A stretch of DNA of 64,000 nt, taken from Elusimicrobiota bacterium (lineage in GTDB: Bacteria; Elusimicrobiota; Elusimicrobia; F11). Of the stretch, positions 35,378 through 44,827 are shown one piece after another; position 1 is the stretch's first letter; each line of letters begins with the position of its first letter. Made by a program: the position numbers and the translations under genes. The notes beneath the pieces were generated by a model, which saw only the letters and a list, made by a program, of their open reading frames with translations, made no database searches and was not told the DNA's origin. The stretch covers positions 1 to 64,000 of the forward strand of contig JBGAON010000003.1 of the NCBI GenBank assembly GCA_044221725.1, written 5' to 3'.

Positions 35378-35830
35378 GTGGAAAAGGACAAGGTTCCGAT
35401 TTCAAAGGCGGGGGAGTTTCTGCTGGACGAATGCCGGATGGTGTTGCCCGGTATTCAGGCTCTGTTTGGGTTTCAACTTGTCGCGGTGTTTAATAACCGG
35501 TTTAACTCGGTTCTGACGCATGCCCAACAGCTCATCCATTATTGTTCAATCGCACTGGTGGCCACGGCCGTGGCGCTGGTGATGGCGCCCGCTGCGTACC
35601 ATCGACAAACGCACATAAATGAGGTCACCGAGAAATTCCTTGTTGTCGCTAGCCGGTTGCTTTTGTTGAGCATGGGGCCGCTCATGATGGGCATTTCATT
35701 GGATTTTTATTTGATCGGCGTTACGATTTTCGAAAACCAAGCGCTCAGTGTTGTTTGTTCGGTGTTGCTGTTTTTTGTGTTCGTCGCGTTATGGTTTGTA
35801 TTGCCGCGATGGCGGAAAGGTCCGACGTAA
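35378..35830 (+). CDS. DUF6328-like membrane protein
   Basis: LDECRMVLPGIQALFGFQL...APAAYHR...LWFVLP. Confidence 0.8.
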   Translation: MEKDKVPISKAGEFLLDECRMVLPGIQALFGFQLVAVFNNRFNSVLTHAQQLIHYCSIALVATAVALVMAPAAYHRQTHINEVTEKFLVVASRLLLLSMGPLMMGISLDFYLIGVTIFENQALSVVCSVLLFFVFVALWFVLPRWRKGPT

Positions 35831-35889
35831 AACGGGTTTTTCAATTCGTCGCCACTTTCTTTCGCGTGAACGTCGAAGTCGGCTTTTCA

Positions 35890-36993
35890 TTAGCGCGACA
35901 TTTCTGACGCGTTAATAAATTTCGGTTTGTCGACCGGTGGCAGTTTCTTCTTTTGCGATGGTTCGGCGGACGGCTTTTCCGGAATGTCCCGCAACGAAAT
36001 CTTTTTGCCGGTTTTAGCCGCTTCGTATATGGCGCGTATGATTTTCACGTCGTTCAAACCTTCTTGGCCCGACGGCTCCGGTTCTTGGTTTTTAAGAATG
36101 CAGTCCGAGAAATAAATGAGTTCGGCCGCGAATTGGTCGTGTTTGCCGAATTTTTTGCGCGTGGTCTTTTCGTTTATCGTGAGCTCGTAGGCCAACGGTT
36201 CCGCGTACTCGTACGAGGGATTCATTCGCAGGGACCCTTTGGTTCCCACGATCTCAAAAGCGCCGGTATCGCTCGCACCGAAACTGCTGATGAAGGTGGC
36301 GAAGCGGTCTGCGGGAAAGCGCAGCAAAACGCTGGTCATTTCATCCACTTCTTTAAAGCGCGAATATTTGCCGCCCGTTGAAAAAGCCTGCACCTCGAGC
36401 GGCTCGTCGCGGAACAGATATCGTGCTGCGTTCACGCAATAAACGCCAAGATCCCAAACGGATCCGCCTCCGAGACCGGCTTTCAGTCGGATATCTCCTT
36501 CTTTGACCTGTCGCGAAAAAAGCGAACCGAAAAAGCGAACGTCGCCGAGTTTTCCGTTCTTCACGAGTTTGATGGCTTCGAGGTTGGCTTCGTCAAAATG
36601 CAAACGGTAAGCGATCATGAGTTTTACTTTGTTTTTCTTGGCGGCCGCGATCATGTCACGGCATTCTTTTTCGCTGGTGGCCATCGGCTTTTCGCATAAC
36701 ACGTGCAATCCCGCATCGGCTGCTGCAATCGCGTATGGGGCGTGCAGGGAATTTGGCAGAGCGATGTAGACCGCATCGGCCACACCGGATTTCAGAAATG
36801 TGTCGTAGTGGTCGTAATCCGTAACGTTTGGAACGCGATACTTTTTGCCAAGCAACTCTTGCTTTTTCGCGTTGCCCGAAATGAGCGCGGTCAAGCGGGA
36901 GTTTTTTGCGTGTTTAAAACTTGGAAGCACGGCCGCCTGCGCGATGTAGCCGAGTCCCACCACGCCGTAACGGATGACGTTGGTAGATGCCAT
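35890..36993 (-). CDS. Gfo/Idh/MocA oxidoreductase (glucose-fructose oxidoreductase-like)
   Basis: GVVGLG, LPNSLH, HVLCEKP, AYRLHF and GGGSVWDLGVYC. Confidence 0.92.
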   Translation of the reverse strand: MASTNVIRYGVVGLGYIAQAAVLPSFKHAKNSRLTALISGNAKKQELLGKKYRVPNVTDYDHYDTFLKSGVADAVYIALPNSLHAPYAIAAADAGLHVLCEKPMATSEKECRDMIAAAKKNKVKLMIAYRLHFDEANLEAIKLVKNGKLGDVRFFGSLFSRQVKEGDIRLKAGLGGGSVWDLGVYCVNAARYLFRDEPLEVQAFSTGGKYSRFKEVDEMTSVLLRFPADRFATFISSFGASDTGAFEIVGTKGSLRMNPSYEYAEPLAYELTINEKTTRKKFGKHDQFAAELIYFSDCILKNQEPEPSGQEGLNDVKIIRAIYEAAKTGKKISLRDIPEKPSAEPSQKKKLPPVDKPKFINASEMSR

Positions 36994-37169
36994 TATTTTT
37001 TTCGGGGGACTTTCGCCCCGGACTTCCGTGCTTCGGACAGCCCGATGGCAATGGCTTGTTTCCGGTTCTTAACTTTTTTGCCCGAGCGACCGGATTTGAG
37101 TTTGCCCTCTTTGTACTCGTGCATCACGCGTTCCACTTTTTTTCCGGCCTTTTTTCCGTATCTCGCCAT
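36993..37169 (-). CDS. Small basic DUF6496-like protein (58 aa, below the track cutoff)
   Basis: MARYGKKAGKKVERVMHEYKEGKLKSGRSGKKVKNRKQAIAIGLSEARKSGAKVPRKK; RBS GAGGAGG; TAATG coupling to the Gfo gene. Confidence 0.88.
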   Translation of the reverse strand: MARYGKKAGKKVERVMHEYKEGKLKSGRSGKKVKNRKQAIAIGLSEARKSGAKVPRKK

Positions 37170-37200
37170 CGCTTTTCCTCCTCAGGATTTTCACTCCCTT

Positions 37201-37225
37201 GTACGCGCCGGGTTTAAAAAAGTTT
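37201..37225 (-). promoter_or_regulatory. ECF-type stress promoter AAACTT-N14-CGTAC (DUF6496-Gfo)
   Basis: Recurring motif; divergent pair with 37231-37255. Confidence 0.65.
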
Positions 37226-37230
37226 ATTTC

Positions 37231-37255
37231 CAACTCTTTATACGGTAACGCGTAT
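37231..37255 (+). promoter_or_regulatory. ECF-type stress promoter CAACTC-N14-CGTAT (YhfW-like)
   Basis: Recurring motif with a weaker -35. Confidence 0.55.
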
Positions 37256-37262
37256 CTATGGC

Positions 37263-38783
37263 ATGAGCACAGTTTGGGACGGCGTCCCGGTACCCCGATT
37301 TCCTTCTCTCCAGCAAGATGTTTCGGCCGACGTGTGCGTTGTTGGCTGCGGAATTGCTGGGCTGACCACCGCCTACCTGCTCCTGAAAGAAGGCAAGAGC
37401 GTCGTTCTCCTCGATGAGAAAAATCTCGGTCGCGGGGAAACGGGACTTACGAGCGCGCACCTGTCGAATGCGCTTGACGACCGGTATTACGCGCTTGAAA
37501 AGATTCACGGTGAACACGGAGCCAGACTGGCCGCCGAAAGCCACACCGCGGCCATCAACCGAATTGAACGGATCGCTCACGACGAAAATATTTCGTGTGA
37601 ATTCGCTCGTGTTGACGGTTATTTGTTCGCAGGGCGAAAAGAGCTGGAGCCGACATTGGAAGCAGAGTTCCACGCCGCGCGTCGCGCGGGAATATTTACC
37701 ATTGAGTGGGCCAACGCGGCGCCGTGGAAAGAATTTGACACCGGCAAATGTTTGCGGTTCCCCAACCAGGCGCAATTTCATCCGTTGAAATATTTGTTCG
37801 GGCTCGCGCAAACCGTAAAGAAAATGGGAGGACAGATTTACACGAATTCGCGTGCGGTGGAGTGTCACGGCGGCGCGTCGACGTCGGTGTTGTTAAAACA
37901 AGGCTCGATGGTACGGGCCAAAGCAATTGTTTTGGCCACGAATGTTCCCATCAACAACAGAGTCGCGATCCACACGAAACAAGTAGCGTACCGCACCTAT
38001 GTTATAGGTGTTCGAATTCCACACGGCAGTATTGAGCGCGCGCTCTATTGGGACAACGAAGATCCGTATCATTACGTCCGCTTGGAAAGCGACCCAAAAC
38101 ATTCCGCCGATGAGATTCTCATCGTGGGGGGAGAAGACCATCGAACCGGTGAGCCGGTGGACTACGAAAATCGATACGACCGCCTTGAAGCTTGGGCGCG
38201 CAGCCGTTTCCCGTTTGCGAAAGCGATCGAATACAAGTGGTCCGGCCAGATCATCGAGCCGGTGGATGGGCTTGCGTTCATCGGACGAAATCCGGCCGAT
38301 CATGACAACGTTTTTATCATCACCGGCGATTCAGGAAATGGCCTCACGCATGGCACGATCGGCGGAATGCTGATCACCGATCTCATTATGGAGCGCGAAA
38401 ATCCGTGGCGTGATCTTTACAACCCTTCGCGGCTGCCGCTTCACACGATCAAAGATTACGTGAAGCAGAACGCCGACGTTCTTCCGAAATACACGGAATG
38501 GGTGACGCCCGGAGAGATCAAATCCGAGTCTTATATCGAGCCCGGCACCGGAAAAATTATTCGCCGTGGCGCCCAAAAAATTGCCGCGTATCGTGACAAA
38601 GACGGCAAATTGCGTGAGCTCTCCGCGGTGTGTCCGCATCTGGGATGCATTGTCCACTGGAATTCCGCGGAACAAACGTGGGATTGTCCGTGCCACGGCT
38701 CTCGCTTCGATCCCGAAGGAACCGTTGTGAACGGTCCCGCCAACTCCAACCTTCACCCGATTCACGCCGAACTAAAAAAGTAA
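37263..38783 (+). CDS. FAD-dependent oxidoreductase with C-terminal Rieske domain (YhfW-like)
   Basis: VGCGIAGLT and QAQFHP; Rieske motifs CPHLGC and CPCHGSRF. Confidence 0.92.
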   Translation: MSTVWDGVPVPRFPSLQQDVSADVCVVGCGIAGLTTAYLLLKEGKSVVLLDEKNLGRGETGLTSAHLSNALDDRYYALEKIHGEHGARLAAESHTAAINRIERIAHDENISCEFARVDGYLFAGRKELEPTLEAEFHAARRAGIFTIEWANAAPWKEFDTGKCLRFPNQAQFHPLKYLFGLAQTVKKMGGQIYTNSRAVECHGGASTSVLLKQGSMVRAKAIVLATNVPINNRVAIHTKQVAYRTYVIGVRIPHGSIERALYWDNEDPYHYVRLESDPKHSADEILIVGGEDHRTGEPVDYENRYDRLEAWARSRFPFAKAIEYKWSGQIIEPVDGLAFIGRNPADHDNVFIITGDSGNGLTHGTIGGMLITDLIMERENPWRDLYNPSRLPLHTIKDYVKQNADVLPKYTEWVTPGEIKSESYIEPGTGKIIRRGAQKIAAYRDKDGKLRELSAVCPHLGCIVHWNSAEQTWDCPCHGSRFDPEGTVVNGPANSNLHPIHAELKK

Positions 38784-38816
38784 CCATTCGTTCGACCGGA
38801 GTGTCAGATCTTCGGT

Positions 38817-39758
38817 ATGGACAGTCGCTTGCGCATCGTTTCGTTCTCGGTTGTTGCTGCAATTTCTCTATCGCAGGTGATGAGCCTATTCGCTTTTACG
38901 GGAACCGACGGGGCAGCCTTTCTTAATATTCCGGTGGGGGGGCGTCCGGCCGCCCTTGGAGGCGCTTACACGGCCCTCGCCGATGACGCTTACGCTCCGA
39001 TTTTCAATGCGGGTGGACTTGGATTCGTGCCGTCGTCGCAACTAAGTCTCATGCACCTTTCGTACATCGATTCGGTTTCCTACGAGTTCGCAAGTTTCGT
39101 GCATCCGTTCTCGGCCGGGCACAGTATCGGTTTGTCGGTTCAAAACTTGCGAACCGGTAGTATCCCGTCGACCGATGCGAACGGCAATGCCAACGGAGAT
39201 TTCTCAAGTTCATCGTTCGCTTACTCGCTCGCCTACGGACAAACCATCGGAAAAATATTTTCGTTGGGTCTCGCCGCGAAATTAATTCAGTCCAGCATTG
39301 CAAGCGAATCGGCGAGCGCTTCGGCCGTCGATATCGGTGCGATGCTGCGGCCATCGGACGTGTTCGGATTGGGCGCGGCTGTCACGAACATTGGGTCGGA
39401 AATTAAATTTGTTGATCAGTCCGATCCGCTGCCGCTTACTTTTCGGCTTGGCGGATTTTATCGTCCGACAAATCACTGGGTGTTGGCGCTGCAGGGCAGT
39501 CATGCTCGCAGCGACTCCACGGACGGACAGGCGGGTTTGGAGTACAGTCCGGTCGAAATGTTTGCTTTCCGTTTTGGTTACCGGACGGAGACAGTCGACA
39601 AAATTGATGGTCTCACCGGATTTACGACGGGCGTCGGTGTACGGGTGGCGGGACAACAGTTCGATTACGCGTGGGCACCGCTTGGCGATCTCGGCAACAC
39701 CCAATATTTTTCCCTTTTATTTCAATGGGGTCTTAAGGAGCCGGGGGACGAACCATGA
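38817..39758 (+). CDS. PorV/PorQ-like (UPF0164) outer-membrane beta-barrel
   Basis: AAFLNIPVGGRPAALGGAYTALADDA...NAGGL, DPLPLTFRLG and DYAWAPLGDLG. Confidence 0.82.
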   Translation: MDSRLRIVSFSVVAAISLSQVMSLFAFTGTDGAAFLNIPVGGRPAALGGAYTALADDAYAPIFNAGGLGFVPSSQLSLMHLSYIDSVSYEFASFVHPFSAGHSIGLSVQNLRTGSIPSTDANGNANGDFSSSSFAYSLAYGQTIGKIFSLGLAAKLIQSSIASESASASAVDIGAMLRPSDVFGLGAAVTNIGSEIKFVDQSDPLPLTFRLGGFYRPTNHWVLALQGSHARSDSTDGQAGLEYSPVEMFAFRFGYRTETVDKIDGLTGFTTGVGVRVAGQQFDYAWAPLGDLGNTQYFSLLFQWGLKEPGDEP

Positions 39759-41230
39759 GAAAACATGTTTGGTTCTCTTTATTAGCGACGATGGTGCCCG
39801 TTTCTCTCGCGACACCGCTCGAGGTCAGCAGTTGGTTGTCGTATCAGATTCAACATGAAGAGACCCTCAATCTGTACGCGCAGCAATTCACATCGGTCTG
39901 TGTATTCGCCTACGATTTCGATACGAGTGACAATTTGCGGCCCGCGCGTCCATGGGTTGATTCCGCGCTGGCGCGCCTGGTTTCCAACGAGCGCCCGGGG
40001 CAACCGATCTTCGTTACGATTGTGAACGACATCGAGTCGGATCCGCCCCGGCAACACAACGGAGAAATCATTTTACGGATCTTGTCGGACCCGCAAAAGC
40101 GTGCCGAGCACATTCGCCAGATTGTCGCTTTGAGCGCCCACGCGGACGGCGTCGATATCGATTACGAATCTTTGCTCCAAGGCACGCGCCCGTATTTCAC
40201 GCAATTTATTCAGGAATTGCGGGCCGCGTTGCCCGCGGGAAAAAAACTGTCGGTCGTTTGCCAGCCGAAGACCGATAACTCCGACGGGCCGCGCGGACAA
40301 GTTTTCGATTGGCCGGCCATTCATCCGTACGTGGACATCATGAAGATCATGACGTATTACTACGCGTACGGAGCAAGTTCTCCGGGCCCTTCGGCGCCAC
40401 TCGATAAAGTGCGGGCGGTCACGCAATTGGCCATCAGCGAAATCCCCAGAGAAAAATTGCATGTTGTCTTGACGCAATTCGGATGGAATTGGCCGGACGG
40501 TCAAAATGGAGAGTTCCTTTCCTTCGACCAAGCGATGCGGATCGCCCAAGCGCACGGCGTCACGCCGGTGCGTGATCCGGTATCGCAGTACTTGCGCGTG
40601 GACTACAACGATGGTGGGACTCCGCATCAGATTTGGGTTCCTGACGCGACGAGTCTTCGCTCGCAAATCGATGTCATCCAAAGCTTGGGCGTTAACAAGA
40701 TCGACGTCTGGGAATTGGGCGTGGGGGATCAAGAGTTTTGGAAATGGATTGCGGCAAACACGGTAAATCCCAACGGGAATCCAGCGCCCACGCCAACGCC
40801 AACCCCGACACCCACACCGACTCCAACACCGACACCGACGCCGCCACCGTCGGATCCAACGCCGACCCCGACACCTCCGCCGCCATCGGATCCATCCGAA
40901 CCTGCGCCGCAACGACCAACAGCTCCGGTTTCGACACCGGTGACCACGATTTCATCAAGCTTGGACGAGGCGCGCGTGTTCCCGAATCCGTGGCGATCGA
41001 ATGAACACGCCTCGATGTCGATTCATTTCGATCGGCTTACCACCGATGCCGATATAAAAATATTTACGGTGGCCGCTCAATGGGTGACGACGTTGCATTC
41101 ATCGAACGGAACAGCAACGTGGAATCTTAAAAATGATTCTGGAGAATCGGTGGCGTCCGGCTGTTATTTCTTTCTTGTGACCGATTCCGCCGGAAATAGT
41201 CGCACCGGCAAGGTCGCTGTCATCAAATAG
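39755..41230 (+). CDS. GH18 glycoside hydrolase with Pro-Thr linker and C-terminal T9SS-like/FlgD-Ig sorting domain
   Basis: DGVDIDYE (DxDxE), IMTY and WELG; PT repeat; tail VFPNPW...IKIFTV...WNLKNDSGESVASGCY...GKVAVIK. Confidence 0.82.
   Translation: MRKHVWFSLLATMVPVSLATPLEVSSWLSYQIQHEETLNLYAQQFTSVCVFAYDFDTSDNLRPARPWVDSALARLVSNERPGQPIFVTIVNDIESDPPRQHNGEIILRILSDPQKRAEHIRQIVALSAHADGVDIDYESLLQGTRPYFTQFIQELRAALPAGKKLSVVCQPKTDNSDGPRGQVFDWPAIHPYVDIMKIMTYYYAYGASSPGPSAPLDKVRAVTQLAISEIPREKLHVVLTQFGWNWPDGQNGEFLSFDQAMRIAQAHGVTPVRDPVSQYLRVDYNDGGTPHQIWVPDATSLRSQIDVIQSLGVNKIDVWELGVGDQEFWKWIAANTVNPNGNPAPTPTPTPTPTPTPTPTPTPPPSDPTPTPTPPPPSDPSEPAPQRPTAPVSTPVTTISSSLDEARVFPNPWRSNEHASMSIHFDRLTTDADIKIFTVAAQWVTTLHSSNGTATWNLKNDSGESVASGCYFFLVTDSAGNSRTGKVAVIK
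40787..40893 (+). repeat. Coding (Pro-Thr)n hexanucleotide repeat, flexible linker
   Basis: Degenerate CCN ACN units encoding PTPTPT...PPPSDP. Confidence 0.85.
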
Positions 41231-41239
41231 GTTTATGCA

Positions 41240-41264
41240 GAACCAAGCGGTTTCGCACTCGTAA
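41240..41264 (+). promoter_or_regulatory. ECF-type stress promoter GAACCA-N14-CGTAA (ku)
   Basis: Recurring motif; ATG is 7 nt downstream with no SD. Confidence 0.7.
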
Positions 41265-41271
41265 TAAAACC

Positions 41272-42096
41272 ATGGCACGTCCGATTTGGAAAGGCCACAT
41301 ATCGTTTGGTCTTGTGAGCATTCCGGTAACGCTCTTCTCTGCGGAAGAACGTTCCGAGCTTCATTTTCATCTGGTCGACAGTCGCAACAACGCGCGCGTG
41401 CGCTACGAGCGCATCAATGAAGCGACCGGTGAAGAAGTGCCGTGGAACGCCGTCGCGAAGGCCTACGAGTATGACGACAACAATTTCGTTTTGTTGAAAG
41501 ACGAAGATTTCAAGAAGGCCGATGTGAAAGTCACCAACTCGATCGATATCACCGACTTCATCGATCGCAAAAATCTCGATTGCATGTATTTCGATAAGCC
41601 CTATGTGTTGGTCCCTGAGAAGAAATCCGAGAAGGGCTACGTGTTGCTGCGGGAGATTTTGGAGCGCACAAACAAAGTTGGAATTGCGCTCGTGGTCATT
41701 CGTACGCGCCAGTACGTGTCGGCGCTTATGCCACGCGAAAACGCTCTCGTATTGAATTTGTTGCGCTACGAGCAAGAGATGCGCAAGTTGTCCGACTTTG
41801 ATCTGCCCACGGGAAAAATCGAAAAATTTCGCATTTCAAAAAAAGAAATCGAAATGGCCGAGAAGTTTGTCGAAAGCCTCACCGCTCAGTGGGAGCCCGC
41901 GAAATACAAGGACGAATACCGCTCCACGTTGCTCAAGTGGATCAAAGAGAAAATAAAAAGCGGAGATACCGAACATAAAACGGAAAAAGAGGAAGAAGAG
42001 AAGCCGATGGATACCAGCAAGGTGGACATCGTTGAGCTACTTCGAAAGAGCATGCGGCACCAGAAAGACCACCATCTTGCTGGTTCTCGAAACTAG
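41272..42096 (+). CDS. ku: NHEJ DNA end-binding protein Ku
   Basis: RPIWKGHISFGLVSIPV, YFDKPY, GYVLLRE and YKDEYR. Confidence 0.95.
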   Translation: MARPIWKGHISFGLVSIPVTLFSAEERSELHFHLVDSRNNARVRYERINEATGEEVPWNAVAKAYEYDDNNFVLLKDEDFKKADVKVTNSIDITDFIDRKNLDCMYFDKPYVLVPEKKSEKGYVLLREILERTNKVGIALVVIRTRQYVSALMPRENALVLNLLRYEQEMRKLSDFDLPTGKIEKFRISKKEIEMAEKFVESLTAQWEPAKYKDEYRSTLLKWIKEKIKSGDTEHKTEKEEEEKPMDTSKVDIVELLRKSMRHQKDHHLAGSRN

Positions 42097-42119
42097 TGTT
42101 TAACATTGGAGGAGAATTC

Positions 42120-42290
42120 ATGGACACGAAATCTGTTCGAAAGAAGAAGAAAAATCTTACGCACCGCGACGACACGCCGCTCGGAACCGAATTCCCGGAA
42201 CAGCGCAATGAGCCCGACCGCGGCGATGACAAACGCGGTCCACTGGAAGAAGAGAACGAGGGTGGCATCGTGATCGACGAGGAAAAATAG
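42120..42290 (+). CDS. Small charged hypothetical protein (56 aa)
   Basis: RBS GGAGGAG before ATG 42120; basic N-terminus and acidic C-terminus. Confidence 0.5.
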   Translation: MDTKSVRKKKKNLTHRDDTPLGTEFPEQRNEPDRGDDKRGPLEEENEGGIVIDEEK

Positions 42291-42293
42291 ATT

Positions 42294-44753
42294 TTATTCG
42301 GGGAGTGTTTGGCGCGTTTGGAAAAATCCCCGCCAAGCGTCGCCTTGGTGTTCCAGGCGTTCGATGACCGATGTCAAACTGAAGTTCAAAGGTTTCAAAT
42401 CCGTTGTTAGCTCGTCCCACGCGATCGGCATCGAGATGGGGGCCCCCACGCGGGCCCGTGTGGAATACGCACACACGGATGTCGCTCCCCGCCCGTTTCG
42501 AAAATAATCGAGGAAAATCTTTCCCGCCCGTTTCGCTTTGCTCATTGTTGCGAGAACTCTGTTCGGCTCCTGTTTCACAATGTCGTTCGCGATCTTTGCC
42601 GCGTATTCTTTGAAAGCATTCCATTCCTGTACGGGTGTCACCGGCACGACGACGTGCAAGCCTTTTCCTCCGGTCGTTTTTACAAAGCTCATGAGGCCTT
42701 CGTCCGCTAGGCGGTCGCGCACGAGCTTCGCAATCGAAATCAATTCTTTAAACGGCACATCGGGCGCAGGGTCCAGATCGAAAATCAGGCGGTCTGGCTT
42801 CTCGATGTTTTTCTCGGTGGCCGGCCAAGGATGAAACTCGAGCACGCCGAGTTGCACGAGCGACACCAGTCCTTTCGCGTCGTCAATTAAGATGTAAGGC
42901 GCGGTCTTATCTTTCTCTTTGATATCAATTTCGCGCACGGCCTTTGGCGATGACTCCGTGAAGTGTTTCTGAAAAAAGCAGGCCTTCCCTTCTCCGTTCG
43001 GGCAGCGCACGAGCGACATCGGACGGCCTTTCAAATGAGGAATCATCCATGGCGCCACGCGCTCGTAGTATTCGCAAATATCGCGTTTCGTTAAGCCCTG
43101 TTCCGAGTAAAGAATTTTGTCCGGATGCGTGAGCTTTACGCCCGCGACAGTGCCTTTGGACGGCTCTGCTCGCGCGGGGTCGGGTTGCGCTTGCGGGAGC
43201 GCGCGTTCGACGCCCACCTCTTTTGCCTTTTTGTCTTCCCGCAGTCCTTTAAACACCGGATGACGCAGCACGTTGTCGGACGTCCATCCCGAGAAAATTA
43301 CCTCGCAAACGAGTTCGGGCTTTACCCAGGATACATGGCGGCCCAGTTTGTCTTGGATTTTTTCGTGAAACGGACTCGATTTTTCGACGCGTGCCTCGAG
43401 TTCCCGAAAAACGCTTTTTAGCGACGTGTCCGTAAAACCCGTGCCCACGTGTCCGTTGTAAACGAGCTCGCCTTTTTCGTTGTACGTTCCAAGCAGCAGC
43501 GATCCAAAGAACTGGCGGCTTTTTTTGGGTTCGGTGAACCCTCCGATCACAAACTCTTGTTCGTGCACGCATTTGACTTTGACCCAGTCGCGCGAGCGCC
43601 GTTGCACATAGGGGCTGTCGATTTTTTTCGAAATGATGCCTTCGAGCGCGTAGTGGCACGCGTTTTTAAAAACGTCACCGCCGCTTCCTTCGATATGCTC
43701 GCTCAAGCGGACATTCTCGAGCGATGCCGACGCGAGGACCTCTTTCAATTTTTGCTTTCGTTCGATGAGCGGCGTACGCCCCAAATCCATGCCGTCCCAA
43801 AAAGGCATATCAAACACGTAATACACGAGCCTCTTGTCCGTGGAATTCTTTAGCGCGTTCTGCAGCGCTTGAAAATCCGTGGTTCCGTCCTCGCGTTGAA
43901 CGACCACTTCGCCATCAAGGATCGTGTTGTCGAGCGCCAATTTTTGGATTTCGTCGGCGATACGCCGAAAATAATTTGTCCACACTTGGCCGTTGCGCGT
44001 CACGAGCCGAACCTTTCCGTCTTCAATAAACGCGAGAAGGCGATATCCATCAAATTTGATTTCGTGAATCCAATCTCTGCCGATGGGCGCTTGTTCAACA
44101 AGAGTGGCCAATTGCGGCTTAAACGACGTCGGAAATACACTTTTCTTTGCGGAGGCCGGTTTCTTCGGTTGCGCCGCTCGTTTTGAAACGTGATCGGCGA
44201 TTTCGTTCATGGAGCGGCCGGTCGTGACACTTTCTTGATATTTTTCGACGATACCGTCGCGCGTCGACGCGTAACCGTCCTTTTCTTTAACAAGCAGCCA
44301 ATTCTTGCCTTCTTCGGACGCGGCACCGTGCATGCGAATCAGCGCCCAGGTGCCGTGCAAACGTTTTCCCTGAAGCTCGAACACGAGGTGTCCTTTCGCG
44401 TAGCCGGCGTGCGGGTCTCCGATCGGTTTCCAAGATCCGGTGTCCCACAGCATGACGGTGCCGCCGCCGTATTCGCCCTTTGGAATGGTGCCCTCGAAGG
44501 ACCCGTACTCGAGCGGATGATCCTCGACGTGGACCGCGAGTCGCTTGTCGTTGGGGTTCGTGCTTGGGCCTTTCGGAACAGCCCAGCTTTTCAGAACGCC
44601 GTCCAACGCAAGACGAAAATCATAATGAAGTCGACTCGCCGCGTGTTTTTGAATGAGGTAGAGCGTCGAGTCTTTCGGTGATGGACTCCCCTTGGGCTCG
44701 GCGGTCTTTTTGAAGTCACGTTTGCGTTGATATTCACGGAGATTCGTCTTCAT
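42294..44753 (-). CDS. ligD: DNA ligase D (phosphoesterase-ligase-polymerase)
   Basis: PE: QKHAASRLHYDFRL, SWAVPKG. Ligase: EIKFDGYR, EGIISK, WVKVK. Polymerase: FDLDP, KTTGGKGLH. Confidence 0.96.
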   Translation of the reverse strand: MKTNLREYQRKRDFKKTAEPKGSPSPKDSTLYLIQKHAASRLHYDFRLALDGVLKSWAVPKGPSTNPNDKRLAVHVEDHPLEYGSFEGTIPKGEYGGGTVMLWDTGSWKPIGDPHAGYAKGHLVFELQGKRLHGTWALIRMHGAASEEGKNWLLVKEKDGYASTRDGIVEKYQESVTTGRSMNEIADHVSKRAAQPKKPASAKKSVFPTSFKPQLATLVEQAPIGRDWIHEIKFDGYRLLAFIEDGKVRLVTRNGQVWTNYFRRIADEIQKLALDNTILDGEVVVQREDGTTDFQALQNALKNSTDKRLVYYVFDMPFWDGMDLGRTPLIERKQKLKEVLASASLENVRLSEHIEGSGGDVFKNACHYALEGIISKKIDSPYVQRRSRDWVKVKCVHEQEFVIGGFTEPKKSRQFFGSLLLGTYNEKGELVYNGHVGTGFTDTSLKSVFRELEARVEKSSPFHEKIQDKLGRHVSWVKPELVCEVIFSGWTSDNVLRHPVFKGLREDKKAKEVGVERALPQAQPDPARAEPSKGTVAGVKLTHPDKILYSEQGLTKRDICEYYERVAPWMIPHLKGRPMSLVRCPNGEGKACFFQKHFTESSPKAVREIDIKEKDKTAPYILIDDAKGLVSLVQLGVLEFHPWPATEKNIEKPDRLIFDLDPAPDVPFKELISIAKLVRDRLADEGLMSFVKTTGGKGLHVVVPVTPVQEWNAFKEYAAKIANDIVKQEPNRVLATMSKAKRAGKIFLDYFRNGRGATSVCAYSTRARVGAPISMPIAWDELTTDLKPLNFSLTSVIERLEHQGDAWRGFFQTRQTLPE

Positions 44754-44761
44754 TTAAATTT

Positions 44762-44786
44762 TTACGCGGCTTCGTTTCAAAAGTTC
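44762..44786 (-). promoter_or_regulatory. ECF-type stress promoter GAACTT-N14-CGTAA (ligD)
   Basis: Recurring motif; ATG is 8 nt downstream with no SD. Confidence 0.75.
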
Positions 44787-44793
44787 TTGTTGA

Positions 44794-44819
44794 GAACCTT
44801 TTGTCCCAGCTTAACGTAC
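44794..44819 (+). promoter_or_regulatory. ECF-type stress promoter GAACCT-N15-CGTAC (DUF748)
   Basis: Recurring motif, divergent from the ligD promoter. Confidence 0.6.
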
Positions 44820-44827
44820 CGAAATGT

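Noticed and set aside
38769..38793. GAACTA-N14-CGTTC as a sixteenth stress promoter before the PorV-like gene
   Set aside because: The spacing fits but the -10 lacks the otherwise invariant CGTA, so it was left out of the count.
40073..40958. Arg-rich and GV-repeat minus-strand ORFs
   Set aside because: Artefacts of the Pro-Thr linker repeat read on the opposite strand.
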